DNA of 64,000 bases from Nitrosopumilus sp. (GTDB taxonomy: Archaea > Thermoproteota > Nitrososphaeria > Nitrososphaerales > Nitrosopumilaceae), in NCBI GenBank assembly GCA_963662625.1, contig OY759726.1, positions 1,600,001 through 1,664,000 of the forward strand, in the 5' to 3' direction. Both the position numbers and the translations under genes were made by a program. Of the stretch, positions 10,571 through 21,091 are shown piece by piece. The notes beneath the pieces were generated by a model. The model ran no database searches. It had not been told where the DNA came from and worked only from the letters and a program-made list of their open reading frames with translations. Position 1 is the first letter of the stretch, and every line of letters starts with the position of its first letter.

Positions 10571-11694
10571 TAGTCAACGCCTTAAGTAATCGTTCATTTT
10601 GACCGGAACGATCTCCCTCTTGCGGATCATGGCGCGCATGGGCCCCACGGCCTCCCCGGTGTTCGCGTACAGGCGGTTGCCCACGGGGTTCCCCGTCACC
10701 CCCCGCTGCACCCCGGCGCCGTCAGGCTCCGGGGCGTGCGGGGGAAAGTGCCCCGGCCGGACGTCCCCGCACCCCCCGCGTGGCGCAGCACCGCCTCGGG
10801 CTTGTGCCACGACGCGTTGCCTGCGGACACGGGCACCTTGCCGAACCTCCTGCGGACCCTGCCCGGGGTCCTCATGGACACGCCGGGATCCTTCTGGCCG
10901 CGGGACATGCAGCAGGATTCCCCGTCCCCGGGGACGCCGAACGCGTGCTTCCCGTCCCTTGAGGGCGTGACGGGGGCGGCCTTCCCCGTCCCCCTCCCGT
11001 GCCGGCCGTAGCGCGCCCTGTTGCCGCCCGGCGCGACGGCGGCCCCGTCCCCCGCGGGGGCGGCGTGCCCTGGCCTGCCGTACCCGCGGGCCGGCCGCGC
11101 CGCTTTTTTTTGGGCCCGCCTTGTGCCCCTTTCGGGGCCGGTTTGGGGCGGCTTGGCCCCGCCTTCTCCCGCGGCATGCCGACCCTGGCCGGGAGCTTCT
11201 GCGCGCCGCCTGTCCCGTACCCCGCGCCGGACCCCTCCCGGCGTGGGCCGGCACCGTCTTGGGGGCCCGCAGCGGGGACCCGGAGCCGAATTCCCCGGGG
11301 CCCCTTTCCATGTCGGCTGCCGGCCCCCTGACCTGGGGCCCGTTGAGCCTGCACGGCCTCCCCTCCTTGCTGTCGTCGCGCCCCTCCCGCGGGCCGGCCC
11401 CCGCGGGCCAGTCCCTCATGGTGGTGGGCCTGCGGTCCGGCCCCGGCGCTGCCTGGCGCACCGCGGGCCCCTCCTTCCCCGTCATGCACGCCAGCAGCCT
11501 CTCGCGGGCCTTGGGGTCTCCCCCTTCCCGTGGTATGCCTTCAGGTACGGCATGCCGGTGCCGGGAAGGGACGCTGGCCCCTTTTTCAGCATGTTTTTTC
11601 TTTCCATGGTGACAGTCGGCACGCGCATGGCTTGGATCTTTCGGCCAGGCAATGTTGTCACAATGGTTTGAACGATTTAATAAGGCGTTGACTA
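10571..11694 (-). mobile_element. Degenerate IS630-family IS with ~26-bp imperfect TIRs and TA ends
   Basis: TAGTCAACGCCTTAAGTAATCGTTCA ... TGAACGATTTAATAAGGCGTTGACTA; HTH-like RERLLAC...GRPCRL; frameshifted ORF. Confidence 0.75.
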
Positions 11695-11699
11695 CGGGC

Positions 11700-12690
11700 A
11701 GGCGCACAAAAAAGAGAAGGACCCAAGGGCCAAGATCAGGATGGCCGCGGCGAGCATGGTGTGCAACCGCAACAAGAGCATCCGGGACACCGCAGGCTAC
11801 CTCATGCAGTGCCCCGACCGGGTGTCGTTATGGGTAGAACGCTTCAGGGAGGGCGGCACCGGCGCCCTCCGGGAGCCTTCCCAATAGCGGGAGGCCGCCA
11901 AAGGCCAAGCTCGGGGAGATCCGGCGCATGTTGGACGGCACGGGCGGCACCGCCACCCCCGGGAGGCTCCGCGATGACATGCGGAGAACGCCGGGCGCGG
12001 CGCACCACATAACGTCGATCAGGAGGATCATGGGGAACACCGGCCTGTCCCCCAAGGCGCCGCAGCGCGCCCGCGCCAGCAAGGCGGGCCCGGGCGGGAC
12101 ACGCGGGTGGCAGAAGGGGGCAAGGAGGAAGATCTCGCGCCTGGAAGGGCAGGGTTTTGCCACCGTCATGCCGGGTGGGGCGTCCCGCGCCCGCAGCCCG
12201 GCGGCCGGGAGGAAGTGCCGGTCCCCCGGGGGCGGGCGGATCGTCGCGGGGCACGACGGGAACCGCCGCAAGGCGGTGGCGTACGGGGCGCCGGCCGCGG
12301 ACAGCCGCAGGCACTTCAGGACGCGCGACGGGTCCGGCAAGGACACGTTCCTGCCGTACCTCAAGGGGCCGCGCCGGCATCTCGGGAGGGTGCACGTCAT
12401 GAAGGACGGCGCGTCTCCCCACGCCGCCGGCGTCGTGAAGGGGCACGTCTCGCGCAGCCCCGGAGTGAGGGCCGCGTACCTTCCCACCGCCACGCCGGAG
12501 CCGGACGCCACGGGGGGTACTGGCGCCAGTCAAAGCGCGACGTCCTGGTGTCGGGGCATTACGGGACGTTCGGGGAGACGGGGCGCACCCTGTCCGAGTA
12601 CCTGAGGACGTCCCACTCCAACCTGGACGTGATGAAGTACATCAACAGGAAGTCCTTGGTGCTCAAGAATTTTTGATCGTTGCTATAGCC
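11700..12690 (+). pseudogene. Second degenerate IS630-family transposase
   Basis: SGRPPK, DGASPH, YLPTATPEPDA and W..SKRDV remnants of the DDE region; multiple frameshifts. Confidence 0.65.
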
Positions 12691-12900
12691 ACCCGGGCGG
12701 CCGGCACGCCATTCTCTCGCTGCATGGCCGGGCACTTCCGGGACTCCAAGCAAGTCTCCCTGCAATGGCCTTCCGTGACCGGCACGGCCCAAAATGGCCG
12801 GCTGTAGTCCTCTTGATCCGGCGCGGACCGACTTTCCGTATAATTGATGTACGTTGCGGCCGCCGCAATGTTTTTCAGCCCCGTTCCCCGCAGTACAGCC

Positions 12901-13104
12901 TTGATCATCGTGTGCAGGGGGGCCACCAGTGACGGGAGGATCCAGAAATGCAGGTTCTCCCATGACGGGGAGTGGGGCGACCGCGAGCTGGTGGAGCACC
13001 AGAGGCTCCACGAGTCCGCGCGCCGGCCAGGCCGCGCCTGGCTGGGCTTTGATCTCCCGCAGCCGTTCGGGGCGCACAGCGGGCGGGACGGCAAGCGATC
13101 CTGA
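12901..13104 (+). CDS. Small hypothetical protein (TTG start)
   Basis: Protein-like ORF IIVCRG...CRFSHDGEWGD...WLGFDLPQPFG..SGRDGKRS with host codon usage. Confidence 0.55.
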   Translation: MIIVCRGATSDGRIQKCRFSHDGEWGDRELVEHQRLHESARRPGRAWLGFDLPQPFGAHSGRDGKRS

Positions 13105-13160
13105 CGCCCGCGCCCGCCGGGGCCCAACCTCAATGATTTTATTCCGTTCCGGGGGGATCC

Positions 13161-13700
13161 ATGGCGTTGGCCGACGAAACCATACCGTGGTCAAGGGACG
13201 CGCTCCTGCGGTGGTCGGACTTTAGGGCCGAGCCCAGCCCGTCGGGCTTTGAGGACGCCTCGTGCGTCGTCAGGTACGGGATCTCGTGGACCGTGGACTC
13301 TGAGAGCTCCGGGGGGCGGGTGGAGTACTTTGTCGCGGACGTCAGGCTGGAGGCGGAGTTCTTCCCGTGGCTGTCGTGGGTGCGGCAGATGTACGCCACG
13401 CCCGAGCTGCTGCGGCACGAGCAGGGGCACTTTGACCTGGCCGAGATGCTGCGCCGGGACGCCGCGGCGGGGATGAGGGGCGAGTTCTGCGGCAGGAGGT
13501 ACGCGGCCAGGGGCCACAACGAGGAGCAGAGAAAGCAGTTCGCAAGGGACCACACCGGATCGCTGCTGGGCCGCGAGCTGAAGAAGTGGCAGGCGCGCAT
13601 GGAGGAGGCGCAGTCGGAGTACGACCGCCGGACGGACTTTGGCCAGGACCGCGAGGCCCAGTCGGCCTATGACGCGAGGTTCTCCGGGCTCAGGGGGTGA
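13161..13700 (+). CDS. DUF922-like putative Zn-dependent protease
   Basis: LRWSDF and [13 protein letters not shown] (HExxH) motifs. Confidence 0.75.
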   Translation: MALADETIPWSRDALLRWSDFRAEPSPSGFEDASCVVRYGISWTVDSESSGGRVEYFVADVRLEAEFFPWLSWVRQMYATPELLRHEQGHFDLAEMLRRDAAAGMRGEFCGRRYAARGHNEEQRKQFARDHTGSLLGRELKKWQARMEEAQSEYDRRTDFGQDREAQSAYDARFSGLRG

Positions 13701-15373
13701 CGGGGCGGCGGGGCGGTGACGGCCCCCTCTGAGGCCGAGCCGACCAGCGCCGCGTACTTTGCTAGCGCGCCGTGCCCGTAGTTGGGCTCGGGCGCCTTCC
13801 ACCCGGCCCTCCTGGCCCCGAGTTCCGCCGCAGGCACGTGGAGCTCGATCGAGTTTGACTCGGTGTCTATGGTTATCCTGTCGCCGTCCCTGACCAGCGC
13901 GATGGGCCCCCCCACGTACGCCTCCGGCGCCACGTGCCCCACCATGAACCCGCGCGTGCCGCCCGAGAACCTCCCGTCGGTGACCATCGCGACCTTCTTC
14001 CCGAGGCCCTGGCCCACGAGCGCCGCGGTGGTGGCGAGCATCTCCCTCATGCCGGGGCCGCCCTTGGGCCCCTCGTACCTGATGACCAGCACGTGGCCCT
14101 CCTCGATCATCCCCCTTGACACCGCGCCAAAGGCGTCCTCCTCCCTGTCGAACACCCTGGCGATCCCGTCGAACCTGGCCATCTCCACCCCGGCCGTCTT
14201 GATGACCGCCCCGTCGGGGGCCAGGCTCCCCTTCAGTATGACGGCCGTCCCGGACGGGTGGATCGGCCTGTCCACGGGCCTCACCACCCGCTGCTCGGGT
14301 TCCGGGCCGCCGGGCGGGCTCAGGTTCTCCCCGACGGTCTTGCCGGTCACCGTGACGCAGCCCTCGTTCAGGAGGCCGCCCGCGGCAAGCCTCCTCATCA
14401 CGAACGGGATCCCGCCTATCCTGTCCAGCGAGTTCATCACGTAGCTGCCGCCGGGCTTCATGTCCGCCATGTGCGGCGTCCTCCTGCGGATCCTCTCAAA
14501 GTCGTCGTACGTCAGGCTGACGCCGGCCTCGCGCGCCAGCGCCAAGAGGTGCAGTATCCCGTTGGTCGACCCGCCCACCGCGTTCAGCATGGTGATCGCG
14601 TTCTCGAACGCCTCGAACGTCAGGACGTCGCGCGGCCTGATTCCGAGCTCCAGCAGCCCCGCGCACGCCCTCCCAGCGGCGCGGACCGCCTCCTCCCTCC
14701 TGCCGTCCTCGGCGGGCGGGCTGGCGCTCCCCGGCAGGGCGAGCCCTATGGCCTCGGATATGGACGCCATGGTGTTTGCGGTGAACATCCCCCCGCACGA
14801 CCCGGCTCCGGGGCACGCGGTGTTCTCTATGTCCTTCAGCCTCTCCAGCGACAGCTGCCCAGAGTCGTAGGCGCCCACGGCCTCGTAGACGTCCACGACC
14901 GTCAGCTCGTCGCCGTCGAGCACCCCCGGCATGATGGTCCCGCCGTACACGAACACCGAGGGCAGGTTGAGCCTGGCCATGGCCATCATCGTCCCCGGGA
15001 GGCTCTTGTCGCACCCGGCGATGCCGACCAGCGCGTCGTACTGGTGCGCGCGCATCATGAGCTCGATCGAGTCGGCGATCACCTCCCTGGACACCAGCGA
15101 CGACTTCATCCCCTCGTGGCCCATGGCGATGCCGTCGCTCACGGCGATGGTCGAGAACACCCTCGGGGTGGCGCCCCCCTCGGCGACCCCCTCCCTCGCC
15201 TTCTCGGCCAGCCCGGGGAGGTGGATGTTGCACGGCGTCGACTCGTTGCCGGTGTGGCACACGCCCACGAACGGCCTTCCGAGGTCGTCGTCGGTCAGCC
15301 CCATCGCCTTGTACATGGCCCTGTGGGGGGCCCTGGCGGTGCCGCCGACCACGTTCCTGCTGGATATTTCCAT
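13667..15373 (-). CDS. ilvD: Dihydroxy-acid dehydratase
   Basis: [54 protein letters not shown]. Confidence 0.97.
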   Translation of the reverse strand: MEISSRNVVGGTARAPHRAMYKAMGLTDDDLGRPFVGVCHTGNESTPCNIHLPGLAEKAREGVAEGGATPRVFSTIAVSDGIAMGHEGMKSSLVSREVIADSIELMMRAHQYDALVGIAGCDKSLPGTMMAMARLNLPSVFVYGGTIMPGVLDGDELTVVDVYEAVGAYDSGQLSLERLKDIENTACPGAGSCGGMFTANTMASISEAIGLALPGSASPPAEDGRREEAVRAAGRACAGLLELGIRPRDVLTFEAFENAITMLNAVGGSTNGILHLLALAREAGVSLTYDDFERIRRRTPHMADMKPGGSYVMNSLDRIGGIPFVMRRLAAGGLLNEGCVTVTGKTVGENLSPPGGPEPEQRVVRPVDRPIHPSGTAVILKGSLAPDGAVIKTAGVEMARFDGIARVFDREEDAFGAVSRGMIEEGHVLVIRYEGPKGGPGMREMLATTAALVGQGLGKKVAMVTDGRFSGGTRGFMVGHVAPEAYVGGPIALVRDGDRITIDTESNSIELHVPAAELGARRAGWKAPEPNYGHGALAKYAALVGSASEGAVTAPPPRHPLSPENLAS

Positions 15374-15426
15374 GACATGTCGGGCGCGCCCCGCATAATT
15401 TAGTCTTTGTCGGGAACGCCCGCGCC

Positions 15427-16452
15427 TGTAGTATGTGAAAAGTCGGTCCGCCAGTCATCCGTCTCCGCCTCCGTCCATCCCGGGTTGCTCTCCCTGATCG
15501 CTTCCGCGGCCTCCTTGCCATGGAAGGCCTTCAGCTGGGTCTGGCAGTTGCCGGTGTCCGGGGAGAAGTGCGGCCTGTCCTCGTTGCAGTGCGCCACGTG
15601 CTCGGGCATGCTCCCGTGGCGCCATGTCCCGTCCTCCACGCTCCGGAAGAACCCCCCGGCCTTCCCGTCGGTCTGGGGGTGGCGCGGCCTGGAGTTCATG
15701 GGCCCGGCGCCCCGGTCCAGGGGCCCCGCCCCGGACGCGGTGGGCTTCCACGGCCGGGGAGGGCCCTTCCTGCGGCCGTTCCGGCCCACGAAGCACGAGC
15801 CGTTGCCTGGGAGCGCGGTAACCGGCGTGCCGAATCGCCCGATCGCGCCCCTGGGCGCAGGCACGGCGTTCCCCGGTGCGGCCTGCGCGAGCACGCGCGC
15901 GGCCACCGCGCACCGCGAGGCGCCGCCCGGGTACGCGGCCAACCGGGGGTTCCTCGTCCCGTGCCAGCCCGCGTGCCACGTGGCATCCGGGCATTTGCGC
16001 CCGTGGCACACCCACTTGCGCCTCCCCGGTTTTGCGGCAGGCGGCGCGACCGCCCCGGCCTTCTTCAATATCCGGCATGCGGAGCAGTAGCTCATGTCAT
16101 GGTCCCTCCTGAGGCGCCTCGCGGTGCGCACCACGCCTGCAGGGCGCCTCCCGTGGGCGCCGGTGACCAGCCGTACCATGGCGGCGGTCATGCAGGCGCG
16201 CGGCCTGCCCGTCCCCGCCGCCGCCGTTCCGGCCTCCGGGAACCCCGCCCACGGCCCCCGCACGTGCCTGGCGGTGATTCCCAGATCCGCCGCCACCCGG
16301 CCGGCCGGCACGCCATTCTCTCGCTGCCTGGCCAGGTACTTCCGGGACCCCCCAGCAGGTCTCCCTGTCATGGCCTTCCGTGATCGGTACGGCCTAGAAT
16401 GGCCGGCTACCGTCCTCTTGATCCGGCGCGGACCGACTTTCCGTACAATTGA
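15427..16452 (-). mobile_element. Degenerate IS481-family IS
   Basis: Imperfect TIRs sharing AAAGTCGGTCCGC; HTH plus eroded integrase core (HPQTDGKAGGFF, HCNEDRPHFS). Confidence 0.8.
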
Positions 16453-16598
16453 GACAACCCAAAAGCGGCGCAGTCTTTATTAACATTGCACATGATACTT
16501 TCTGGATCCCACAATACCTGAACTTTGATAAAACCCTTATAAACTATGTTGACCATTAGTATGGTGGGACTAACCATGATGCTGACCAAGATTCGCTT

Positions 16599-18644
16599 GT
16601 GGATATTGCATTTTATAAGCCACGCTTGGCGGCCAACACCTGGCAAAGCCGTGTTAATGGGGGGGGGGAACGAAAAAACCTGTCGCATAAAGCACATCTT
16701 GCGTGGGTGATGATGGCTGTATGCGTGACAGCTGCCGGCGGCCTTGACGTGGCACATGGTCAGTCCTTTCAGCCCGGTTCGTTTGTAACCACTTGGACTA
16801 CCACCAGCGCCGGTGAGTCCATAACCATCCCGGTCGGAGGGGCCACCGGCAGCTATACGGTAGACTGGGGCGACGGCAGCTCCACCACTCAGACCGGCGA
16901 TGCCACGCATGCGTATACCACGCCCGGCACCCATGCCGTGCAGATATCAGGCGCGTTTACCAAAATCCAGCTGGTTGGAGATTCTGCCAACGCAGCCAAA
17001 CTGGCTACCATAGAGCAATGGGGCTCCATCCAGTGGGACACGATGCAGTCTGCATTCGAGGGGGCGTCCAATATAGTATACAATGCAACGGATTCCCCCG
17101 ACCTCTCCGGCGTCACCGACATGTCCTCCATGTTCAGGAGCGCCTGGTACTTCAACGGGGACATCTCCTCCTGGGACGTCTCGTCGGTCACCGACATGTC
17201 CAAGATGTTCAACAACGCCACTTACTTCAACCAGTCCCTCGACTCCTGGGACGTCTCGTCGGTCACCGACATGTCCTCCATGTTCAGGAACGCCTACTAC
17301 TTCAACGCGGACATATCCTCCTGGGACGTCTCGTCGGTCACCGACATGTCCTCCATGTTCCAGTACGCCTACGCCTTCAACGCGGACATATCCTCCTGGG
17401 ACGTCTCAAGCGTAACCAGCATGGACAGCATGTTCTGGAACGCCCCCTACTTCAACCAGCCCCTCGGCTCCTGGGACGTCTCAAGCGTAACCAGCATGGA
17501 CAGCATGTTCAAGAACACCGCCCACTTCAACCAGCCCCTCGGCTCCTGGGACGTCTCGTCGGTCACCGACATGTCCAGCATGTTCTACCATGCAGACGTC
17601 TTCAACCAGCCCCTCAACTCCTGGAACGTCTCGTCGGTCACCGACATGCAGGACATGTTCGTCGGTGCCCGATCCTTCAACGGGGACATATCCTCCTGGA
17701 ACGTCTCGTCGGTCACCGACATGTCCTACATGTTCTGGAGGGCATCGGCCTTCAACCAGCCCCTCGGCTCCTGGGACGTCTCGTCGGTCACCGACATGTC
17801 CCACATGTTCCAGTATGCCTCCTCCTTTAACTGGCCAATGCCATCCTGGGACACCGAAGGCGTCACCTCCATGTCGCACATGTTCCGTAGCGCCTCCTAC
17901 TTCAACGGCGACATATCCGGCTGGAACACCTCCGGCGTCACCTCCATGTCCCACATGTTCGACGGCGCCCGCTCCTTCAACCAGCCCCTCGGCTCCTGGA
18001 ACGTCTCCAGCGTAACCAATATGGACAGCATGTTCCTAGACGCAAACTCCTTCAACCAGCCCCTCAACTCCTGGAACGTCTCCAGCGTAACCAATCTGGA
18101 CAACATGTTCTCTGACGCCCGCGCCTTCAGCGGAGACATATCCTCCTGGGATGTTTCAAACGCAACCAGCATGAAATCCATGTTCTTCAACGCCCGCTCC
18201 TTCAACGCGGACATATCCTCCTGGGACGTCTCAAGCGTAACCCGTATGTCCAACATGTTCTATGACGCCATCTTCTTCAACGCGGACATATCCTCTTGGG
18301 ACGTCTCCAACGTAGACCACATGGAAAACATGCTCTACTCCGCCGCATCCTTCAACCGCAACCTGGGGGATTGGTATATCGTGCTGGCCGACACCACGCT
18401 GGGTAGCGGTGAGACCGTCGTCACGACCATCGGCGCCCAGAACACCTACCTGGGCGCCCCGACCCCCACATACGAGGTGACGTCCGGCGGCGACAAGTTC
18501 ACCGTGAGCGGTGCCCAACTCCAGTACGCCTCTACCAGCCCGGCAACGGGCCCATACGACATCACCATCTCCGTCCCAGACAAGCTCGGGCTGTCCGCGT
18601 CCCACACCAAGGACGTCACCATCACCGTCACGGGCGGCACGTAG
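16599..18644 (+). CDS. PKD + DUF285 surface protein (true start uncertain: 16657 via G-tract or 16710)
   Basis: Signal-like segment ending VAHG, PKD motif, ~17 WDVSSVTDM repeats, C-terminal cadherin-like beta domain. Confidence 0.9.
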   Translation: MDIAFYKPRLAANTWQSRVNGGGERKNLSHKAHLAWVMMAVCVTAAGGLDVAHGQSFQPGSFVTTWTTTSAGESITIPVGGATGSYTVDWGDGSSTTQTGDATHAYTTPGTHAVQISGAFTKIQLVGDSANAAKLATIEQWGSIQWDTMQSAFEGASNIVYNATDSPDLSGVTDMSSMFRSAWYFNGDISSWDVSSVTDMSKMFNNATYFNQSLDSWDVSSVTDMSSMFRNAYYFNADISSWDVSSVTDMSSMFQYAYAFNADISSWDVSSVTSMDSMFWNAPYFNQPLGSWDVSSVTSMDSMFKNTAHFNQPLGSWDVSSVTDMSSMFYHADVFNQPLNSWNVSSVTDMQDMFVGARSFNGDISSWNVSSVTDMSYMFWRASAFNQPLGSWDVSSVTDMSHMFQYASSFNWPMPSWDTEGVTSMSHMFRSASYFNGDISGWNTSGVTSMSHMFDGARSFNQPLGSWNVSSVTNMDSMFLDANSFNQPLNSWNVSSVTNLDNMFSDARAFSGDISSWDVSNATSMKSMFFNARSFNADISSWDVSSVTRMSNMFYDAIFFNADISSWDVSNVDHMENMLYSAASFNRNLGDWYIVLADTTLGSGETVVTTIGAQNTYLGAPTPTYEVTSGGDKFTVSGAQLQYASTSPATGPYDITISVPDKLGLSASHTKDVTITVTGGT

Positions 18645-18852
18645 CAACCGCCCCACACGATCGGCCACAGCAGGTCAATCCCCGCGTACTCCCCGCCGTC
18701 CTTGCACTGGTTCCACGCCCCGGAAGCCTTCACGCGCTTCCTTGCCGGAACCGGTAGCCTGTCTGTTTGCTTCCTGGCGCGCTTATGGCAGGCACCGTCT
18801 GAAACCGGCTTCTTTCGGGGCACATATGGTTACTGGGGCCGGACGCGCCCCG

Positions 18853-19446
18853 CTACCTCACTATCGGCTGGCTCTCAAGCTGCAGCAGCTGCGCAGCTAT
18901 CTCCTCCTGGGTCTCGTCGCCGTACGATATGAGGATCCTGTCGTTCTCCATTATCTCGTAGTCCCTGATGTCGTCGACCTTCTCCCCGTTGACGTAGAAC
19001 TTTAGCGAGAACTCGTCGCTGGTGCAGAAGTTCCTGCCGTCCTGGAATATGTAGCACTTGTCGTCGACCTCCAGGCTCAGGCTGTCAAACAGGAAGCCCA
19101 TGTCGATGCCCGTCGCGTGCTTGTGTATGGTGGTGCCGTCCCTGCCCTCGAAGTGTATCCAGGGCGACTTTATCTGGTACGCCGGGGTGGAAAAGTCGAA
19201 CTCGTCGCCGAATATCTTGACCAGGATCGCCGCGTGCGCGTGGGCGCTGCCGAGGTCGCCGGCGCCCTCGGGCACCCCCGGGGCGTCGTCCAGGTTGACG
19301 AACAGGTACCCGGCGTACCCCACGATGACCGCGATGACGCCAAGGACCCCCGCCGTGATGAGCTTCTGGGTTCTCTTCTCTGCCGAGAGCCTCGAGGCAT
19401 ACCTTTCGCGCTTCTGCTCCCGTTCGCGTCTCTCTTTTCGACCCAT
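18853..19446 (-). CDS. Membrane-anchored hypothetical protein with His motifs
   Basis: Basic N-terminus, one TM helix, HAHA...IHFEG...IHKH; host codon usage. Confidence 0.8.
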   Translation of the reverse strand: MGRKERREREQKRERYASRLSAEKRTQKLITAGVLGVIAVIVGYAGYLFVNLDDAPGVPEGAGDLGSAHAHAAILVKIFGDEFDFSTPAYQIKSPWIHFEGRDGTTIHKHATGIDMGFLFDSLSLEVDDKCYIFQDGRNFCTSDEFSLKFYVNGEKVDDIRDYEIMENDRILISYGDETQEEIAAQLLQLESQPIVR

Positions 19447-19507
19447 GGAATACCGTGGTCTGGGGATTTGCCCTAATTAAATGAAGCATCGCGGCCGGCC
19501 TTCCGCG

Positions 19508-20275
19508 TCAGGACCACGCGACGATCCGCGGGTCCCCGGCGCGGAACCCCAGGAACATGCCCAGGGTGATCCTCGGGGTGCCGCCGGCCACCGTGGTCAC
19601 CCTGTGGTAGTACGCCGGGTTTATGATCACCAGGTCCCCGCTCCCCGCGCCGGAGATCCGGCAGCCAGCCGCCTTCCCCGTCACGCGGGGCGAGTACCCA
19701 AAGTCCACGTTGCGGAACCTCTCGTCCCCAACCTCCCACCGCCTGCCGTACACGATCAGGTCGCCGCCGCCCTCGGGCTCCTGTACCCGCAGCACGCAGG
19801 ACAGCTGGTGGTCGATGCCGGACACGGCGTACTCCCTTCCCTCGTACCCCGCGTGATCCCTGTGGACGGGGACGGAGTCCCCTCCACGGTGGATCCGTAT
19901 CGACCCGGGGGAGTATGCCCTCCCCCGCTCGCTGGCGACGCGCACCCTTCCCCGGAACATGCGGCCGACGGCGGCGCGCATGCGCGGCATGGGATCCCCC
20001 ACCCCGCGGAAGATCCCCGCAAACTCCCCACGGGCGTCCCGGGCGGCCCCAAAGTACCCCTCCCTGTCGGTGGCGTGCGCCGCGAGTGACGGGCCCACGT
20101 GGGACGGGGCGCCCCCCAGGCAGCGCAGCCTGGCCGCGATCCTCCCGGCCAGCTCGCGGCACCGCGCCTCGTCGTAAAACCCCCTGACCACCAGGCCGGG
20201 CGCCCTGCCAGAGAACAGCTCCCGCGGGTCGACCCGCGCGGGGTCTGGGCCGTCCACGCAGAGCGGCCGGCGCAC
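19508..20275 (-). CDS. 2OG-Fe(II) oxygenase superfamily protein
   Basis: PVHRD...GGDL...YYHRV...RITL facial-triad pattern; GTG start overlaps the upstream stop. Confidence 0.75.
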   Translation of the reverse strand: MRRPLCVDGPDPARVDPRELFSGRAPGLVVRGFYDEARCRELAGRIAARLRCLGGAPSHVGPSLAAHATDREGYFGAARDARGEFAGIFRGVGDPMPRMRAAVGRMFRGRVRVASERGRAYSPGSIRIHRGGDSVPVHRDHAGYEGREYAVSGIDHQLSCVLRVQEPEGGGDLIVYGRRWEVGDERFRNVDFGYSPRVTGKAAGCRISGAGSGDLVIINPAYYHRVTTVAGGTPRITLGMFLGFRAGDPRIVAWS

Positions 20276-20562
20276 TAGTACCCGCCCACCCCGGAGTGGG
20301 ACACCCTTCCGGACAGGGATCCGGACGCGTCCCTCCCGTCCACCTCGCACTTCAGGAAGGCGCCCAGCACGCACTCGGCCAGGGCCCCCTCGCTCCACCC
20401 GCCCTCGTCGGCGGGGAACCCTGGCAGGTCGGCCGACGTCATGACGACCTCCTCGGTGTCGGAGTACTCCAGCCTGTTCCCGTCCTTCCTGTGCGTGACG
20501 TTGAGCACGAACGACCTCTCGGACAGCACCCTGGAGCCGTGCCCCCAGATCACGTCGGGCAT
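20275..20562 (-). CDS. Small hypothetical protein
   Basis: 95-aa ORF coupled to the oxygenase gene. Confidence 0.6.
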   Translation of the reverse strand: MPDVIWGHGSRVLSERSFVLNVTHRKDGNRLEYSDTEEVVMTSADLPGFPADEGGWSEGALAECVLGAFLKCEVDGRDASGSLSGRVSHSGVGGY

Positions 20563-20677
20563 GCCTGGGGTTGGCGGCCTCGGGATATTAGGGATCCGGC
20601 CGCGCGGGGGGCCCTTGGCACTAGCCGCGCCCGGCCGCGTGGGATATCAAAATATAGAGCCGGGACCAGCTGATCCC

Positions 20678-21091
20678 GTGGACTGCGTATTCTGCGACAT
20701 ACTCTGCGGCGAGCGGGACGGCCACTTTGTCTACCGGGACGACCACCACGTCGCGTTCCTGGACAGGTACCCCATCGACCGCGGGCACACGCTGGTGGTG
20801 CCGAGGCGGCACCACGTCCTGATCACGGACATGGGGCCGGCCGAGGTGGGGAGGCTGTACTCCGTGGTCCCGGGGATCGCGCGCGCCGTCCTAAAGGCGA
20901 CGGCGGCCGACGCGTTCAGCGTGGGCCAGAACAACGGGGCGGCGGCGAGGCAGATAGTGCCGCACGTCCACGTCCACATCATACCGCGGTACGAGCACAG
21001 GGGGACGGTGTGGACCAAGCGGGAGATAGCAGACGACGCGGACCTTGCCGATCTGGCGGGAAGGATACGCGCCAGCATGGGCGCGCCCTGA
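20678..21091 (+). CDS. HIT family hydrolase
   Basis: DCVFCDI, GHTLVVP, VPHVHVHIIPR histidine triad. Confidence 0.93.
   Translation: MDCVFCDILCGERDGHFVYRDDHHVAFLDRYPIDRGHTLVVPRRHHVLITDMGPAEVGRLYSVVPGIARAVLKATAADAFSVGQNNGAAARQIVPHVHVHIIPRYEHRGTVWTKREIADDADLADLAGRIRASMGAP

Larger units (their letters stand above)
9871..12847 (-). mobile_element. IS481-family element split by nested ISH3 and IS630 insertions
   Basis: Ends match the IS481-like copy at 15427-16452; 14-bp direct repeat TGTACGTTGCGGCC at 9857-9870 and 12848-12861. Confidence 0.7.

Noticed and set aside
19508-20275. Fe/2OG halogenase
   Set aside because: It retains the HxD carboxylate ligand (HRD), so a hydroxylase-type enzyme is more likely.
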